A DNA stretch of 64,000 nt from an uncultured Pelagibacteraceae bacterium (GTDB taxonomy: Bacteria > Pseudomonadota > Alphaproteobacteria > Pelagibacterales > Pelagibacteraceae): NCBI GenBank assembly GCA_902588925.1, contig CACIRB010000001.1, positions 20,218 through 84,217 on the forward strand, given 5' to 3'. The position numbers were made by a program, and so were the translations under genes. The notes under the pieces were generated by a model. The model was not told the DNA's origin. It did no database searches and saw only the letters and a program-made list of their open reading frames with translations. Below, one piece after another: positions 60,639 to 64,000 of the stretch. Within the stretch, counting starts at the first letter, position 1. Every line of letters begins with the position of its first letter.

Positions 60639-61202
60639 GTGTTACCTCAAAATTTAATAATATATAAATTTTCTCAATTGTATCATATCCTTGAAGAAAT
60701 TGAGTTAGATTTAAATTTTAAAATTTTATTTGTAGATGATGAAAATATATTAAATGATACAATTAAAAATCTTAATAATTATTTGATTATTTCAGATAGA
60801 GAATATTCAAATATTGGTCATCAATTTGTTTTAGACGATACACCTGTCAACATTTCTAAATTCAAAGAAAAAATAAATATTGAATTTTTAAAAGTGCAAT
60901 TCAACAGTCAATCAGAGGTTAAAGTAAGTAATTATATTATAGATTTAAATTCAAGAGAGATGTCAGAAAAAAGAATCAAGCTCAAATTGACTGAAAAAGA
61001 AATTAATACGATTATATTTTTATCTAAATCAAATAAACCAGTTAGCGTTGATGAGTTACAAAAAGGGGTATGGAGTTATCAATCTGATATAGAAACCCAT
61101 ACTGTTGAGACTCACATTTATAGATTAAGGAAAAAAATTTTAAACACTTTTGATGATAATGAATTTATAATCAGTAAAAAAAATGGTTACCAAATTAACT
61201 AA
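60639..61202 (+). CDS. OmpR/PhoB-type winged-helix regulator (CenR-like) with eroded receiver domain
   Basis: LTEKE, VWSY, THTVETHIYRLRKKI, GY; start is GTG 60639 or TTG 60621. Confidence 0.8.
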   Translation: MLPQNLIIYKFSQLYHILEEIELDLNFKILFVDDENILNDTIKNLNNYLIISDREYSNIGHQFVLDDTPVNISKFKEKINIEFLKVQFNSQSEVKVSNYIIDLNSREMSEKRIKLKLTEKEINTIIFLSKSNKPVSVDELQKGVWSYQSDIETHTVETHIYRLRKKILNTFDDNEFIISKKNGYQIN

Positions 61203-61302
61203 AAAAAATCCTATTGCTAAAAACTTATTTTCTAAAAATTATAAACCAAAAACGATAAAGCCTAAAAAAGGTAAAGGGAGTTTTAAAAGAAAAAAAAGTT
61301 AA
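61183..61302 (+). CDS. arfA: ArfA-like alternative ribosome rescue factor (not in ORF track)
   Basis: Hand translation MVTKLTKKNPIAKNLFSKNYKPKTIKPKKGKGSFKRKKS*; KKGKGS(Y/F)xRK motif; fills the gap between neighbouring genes. Confidence 0.75.
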   Translation: MVTKLTKKNPIAKNLFSKNYKPKTIKPKKGKGSFKRKKS

Positions 61303-61303
61303 T

Positions 61304-62233
61304 CTAAAGTCTTGCACCGATTTGCTGAATTACTTTTGATGACATTTCAGTGCCTTTTTCAAGGCATTCTTTTGTAGACAACTTATTTAAGTACCCATGT
61401 AAAAATCCAGCAGCAAAGAGATCGCCCGCGCCTGTAAGGTCAATAATTTTTAAATTTTTTTGTATATCATTTTCAAAAACTTCATCTCCATTAATTGCAA
61501 CTGCACCTTTTTCGCCCCTTGTTACAATAATTAATTTGTTAAGTTGTTTTGAAAAATTTATTACTTCATTAAAGTTTTTTGCTTCAATTAAAGATGTAAT
61601 TTCTTGTTCGTTAGCGAAAGTTATATCTAGTTTGTTTTTAACTAAGTTTAAAAAATGAGGTTTGTGTCTATCCACACAAAACAAGTCAGAGAGTGACATC
61701 GCAACTTTATTCGCATTATTTATAGCTTTATCAAACGCTTTTTTTGGCTCTCCTTCGTCCCACAAATAACCTTCCAAAAATATTATTTCGCTTTTTTTAA
61801 TAGCTTCTGAACTAACATCATTTTCATTTATTTTTCCTGCTGTACCTAAAAAAGTGCACATTGTTCTTTCAGAATCAGGTGTTACTAATATTAGACATGT
61901 TCCAGTCGGCAACTCCTCTTTTTTCTTTGAATAAATAAACTCAACTTTTTCTTTTTTTAACCCTTCTTCATAATTACCACCAAACTGATCATCGGAAATC
62001 TTACCTATAAAACCAACTTTATCGCCAAGTTGAGATATACCAACTATTGAGTTTGCAACTGATCCTCCAGATACTGTTTTTTCTACTTTAAGATTTTTTA
62101 ATAAACTTTTGAATTCATTTTCATCAAAGAATAATTTCATTGTACTTTTTGTAAGATTATTTTGCTCGATGAAACTGTCATCTACTTTACAAATAACATC
62201 TACAATTGCATTACCTATTCCTAAAATTTTCAT
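61304..62233 (-). CDS. PfkB-family kinase (adenosine kinase-like)
   Basis: GNAIVD, SGGSVAN, ERTMCTFLG, DLTGAGDLFAAG. Confidence 0.9.
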   Translation of the reverse strand: MKILGIGNAIVDVICKVDDSFIEQNNLTKSTMKLFFDENEFKSLLKNLKVEKTVSGGSVANSIVGISQLGDKVGFIGKISDDQFGGNYEEGLKKEKVEFIYSKKKEELPTGTCLILVTPDSERTMCTFLGTAGKINENDVSSEAIKKSEIIFLEGYLWDEGEPKKAFDKAINNANKVAMSLSDLFCVDRHKPHFLNLVKNKLDITFANEQEITSLIEAKNFNEVINFSKQLNKLIIVTRGEKGAVAINGDEVFENDIQKNLKIIDLTGAGDLFAAGFLHGYLNKLSTKECLEKGTEMSSKVIQQIGARL

Positions 62234-62234
62234 A

Positions 62235-62888
62235 TCAAGCCTTTTTCGTATTAACAGGTTTTTTTCTATTTGGGTAGCAAGTAGTACATATTTTGCAACT
62301 CAATCCATAACAATCTCTGGCCTTACAATATTCTCTTCCATAAAAGATTATTTGGAGATGAAGTTTGGACCAGGTTTTTTTAGGAAATATTCTTTTCAAA
62401 TCTTTTTCAGTTTGAACTACATTTTTACCATTTGTTAAACCCCACCGTTGTGCAAGTCTGTGAATATGAGTATCAACAGCAAAAGCTGGGTACCCAAAAC
62501 CTTGGGACATCACAACACTTGCTGTTTTGTGTCCTACGCCAGGTAGTTTTTCGAGTTCTTCAAAAGTTTTAGGTACTTTACCTTTGTGCTTTTTCAGCAA
62601 TTGTTTTGACATTAAGTAAATACTTTTGGCTTTAATTCTAAAAATCCCGATTTTTTTTATTAATTTTTCAATTTTTTTTCTCCCTAATTTTACAAAATGC
62701 TCAGGCTTATAGTATTTTGGATATATATCTTTAGTAACATTATTAACATTTACATCAGTACATTGAGCAGATAGCAGCACAGAAATTAATAATGTAAATA
62801 CATTTTTACTTTTTAAAGGAATAGGTGCTTTAGGATAAATTTTATTTAAAGTCCTAATAATTATTTTTGCTTTTTGTTTTTCATTCAT
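62235..62888 (-). CDS. nth: Endonuclease III
   Basis: LLSAQCTD, HhH LPGVGHKTA, VDTHIHR. Confidence 0.95.
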   Translation of the reverse strand: MNEKQKAKIIIRTLNKIYPKAPIPLKSKNVFTLLISVLLSAQCTDVNVNNVTKDIYPKYYKPEHFVKLGRKKIEKLIKKIGIFRIKAKSIYLMSKQLLKKHKGKVPKTFEELEKLPGVGHKTASVVMSQGFGYPAFAVDTHIHRLAQRWGLTNGKNVVQTEKDLKRIFPKKTWSKLHLQIIFYGREYCKARDCYGLSCKICTTCYPNRKKPVNTKKA

Positions 62889-63664
62889 TATGAAAAGTTA
62901 AGCAAATTTCTCATTGAATATAATCCTGGTTTTTTTTTCATTAACCACTTTGATGCAGTTAAAGCTCCATCCGAGTAAAGTGCTCTATCAAAAGCCTCAT
63001 GGTTTAAAGTAATTATTTCTTTTCCACTTGAAAATTTTACTTCATGTTCACCAATAATTTCGCCTTTTCGAATTGAGTTAAAATTAATTTTTTTTCCGTA
63101 AGGAAAAGATTTTTTATTCAAGAATTTTTTACCAATTAAATTATATAAATTTTTATTTTTTCCATCTGCTATCCCTTTACCTAGCATTAAGGCAGTACCG
63201 GATGGATAGTCTTTTTTATGTTTGTGATGTACTTCAAATATTTTACTTAAGTATTCATCATTAAGTGATTTTGAAGCAATCTCAGTTAAATACATCAATA
63301 AATTTACACCTAAGCTCATATTACCAGCCTTTAAGATTGGTATTTTTTTTGAATATTTTTTAATTTGATTTTCTTGGGCTCTAGTAAATCCGGTAGTACC
63401 AATTACTACTTTTTTTCTTAATTTTGATGCTATTTCAAGTATTTCAAGCGTACACCTTGGCACTGTGAAATCAATAATTACATCGGTCTTTTTAAACGCC
63501 TTATTAGAATTTAATTCAGGTTTAATTCCATTAAATTTTTTATTCACTAATCTATTCTCTGTAAGTGTAACTAATTTAAAATTTTTATTTTTTTTTGAGG
63601 ATTTTATGAGCTGTTGACCCATTCTTCCCATGCATCCTGAAATAGCTAAGTTAATTTTTTTCAT
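62888..63664 (-). CDS. dapB: 4-hydroxy-tetrahydrodipicolinate reductase
   Basis: GCMGRMG, GTTG, EVHHKHKKDYPSGTAL; start moved to MKKINL. Confidence 0.96.
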   Translation of the reverse strand: MKKINLAISGCMGRMGQQLIKSSKKNKNFKLVTLTENRLVNKKFNGIKPELNSNKAFKKTDVIIDFTVPRCTLEILEIASKLRKKVVIGTTGFTRAQENQIKKYSKKIPILKAGNMSLGVNLLMYLTEIASKSLNDEYLSKIFEVHHKHKKDYPSGTALMLGKGIADGKNKNLYNLIGKKFLNKKSFPYGKKINFNSIRKGEIIGEHEVKFSSGKEIITLNHEAFDRALYSDGALTASKWLMKKKPGLYSMRNLLNFS

Positions 63665-63831
63665 TAAAAGATAAAATATAGAAATATCATAAGAACTAAA
63701 ACAATAATACCCCAAATACCTAAGTTTTTAAAAAATACTCTTTTCTTTAAGTTTGATTTTATAAAGGCAGGTAGAACAAGAATTAATACTAATATTAAAG
63801 CTATAGAGGGGATAACTTCTTCTAATCCCAT
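63664..63831 (-). CDS. Small two-TM hypothetical protein (not in ORF track)
   Basis: Hand translation MGLEEVIPSIALILVLILVLPAFIKSNLKKRVFFKNLGIWGIIVLVLMIFLYFIF*; TAATG overlap with dapB. Confidence 0.7.
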   Translation of the reverse strand: MGLEEVIPSIALILVLILVLPAFIKSNLKKRVFFKNLGIWGIIVLVLMIFLYFIF

Positions 63832-63834
63832 GTT

Positions 63835-64000
63835 TTAATTTTTCCAAAAGTCTTTTGCTTTTTGGAAAAACTTTTTGATACTTGGGTTTGATTTATCATT
63901 TTCAATTTCTCTAAATTGCTCTAACAATTCTTTTTGTTTTTTATTTAAGTAGACAGGCACCTCTGTTTTTACCTGAACGTATAAATCACCATAATCACCT
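63835..64000 (-). CDS. dnaJ: Chaperone DnaJ, C-terminal fragment cut by the window edge
   Basis: GDLYVQVKTEVPVYLNKKQKELLEQF...FFQKAKDFWKN*; upstream of dapB. Confidence 0.88.
   Translation of the reverse strand, partial: GDYGDLYVQVKTEVPVYLNKKQKELLEQFREIENDKSNPSIKKFFQKAKDFWKN

Noticed and set aside
3254-62438. Many short track ORFs antisense to or nested in clear genes (e.g. 3254-3439, 10241-10639, 11748-12098, 21200-21577, 34578-34895, 45663-45992, 57905-58117, 61350-61658)
   Set aside because: They overlap well-supported genes on the opposite strand and have no recognisable motifs; treated as shadow frames.
1-64000. CRISPR arrays, IS elements, prophage genes, rRNA
   Set aside because: No spaced direct repeats, transposase, integrase, phage structural genes or rRNA-like sequence were seen.

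Overview
This very AT-rich, gene-dense window has almost no intergenic space. Gene content and order indicate the replication-origin region of a streamlined marine alphaproteobacterium, most likely Candidatus Pelagibacter (SAR11); this is an inference, not a database match. About 1-10 kb is accessory-like: two photolyases (one inverted NewPHL-type, one (6-4) type lacking the Fe-S cysteines) with small partner genes, and a coupled haloacetate dehalogenase / TauD-TfdA dioxygenase / AEC transporter module. The rest is mostly core: folD, hemCD, tsaD, acs with an acetate-type symporter, rpe, purH, tRNA-Gly, ftsK, his genes, hslVU, secB, dnaQ, probable oriC before hemE, rho, mnmE-mnmG-rsmG-parAB with parS, holA, leuS, porin, nth, dapB and the 3' end of dnaJ. 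Three paralogous stand-alone sulfotransferases are scattered among the core genes. Four coding regions missing from the ORF track were read by hand: DUF2256, a 39-aa ArfA-like ribosome rescue factor, a 55-aa membrane protein and the dnaJ fragment. No transposase, integrase, prophage or CRISPR array was seen.
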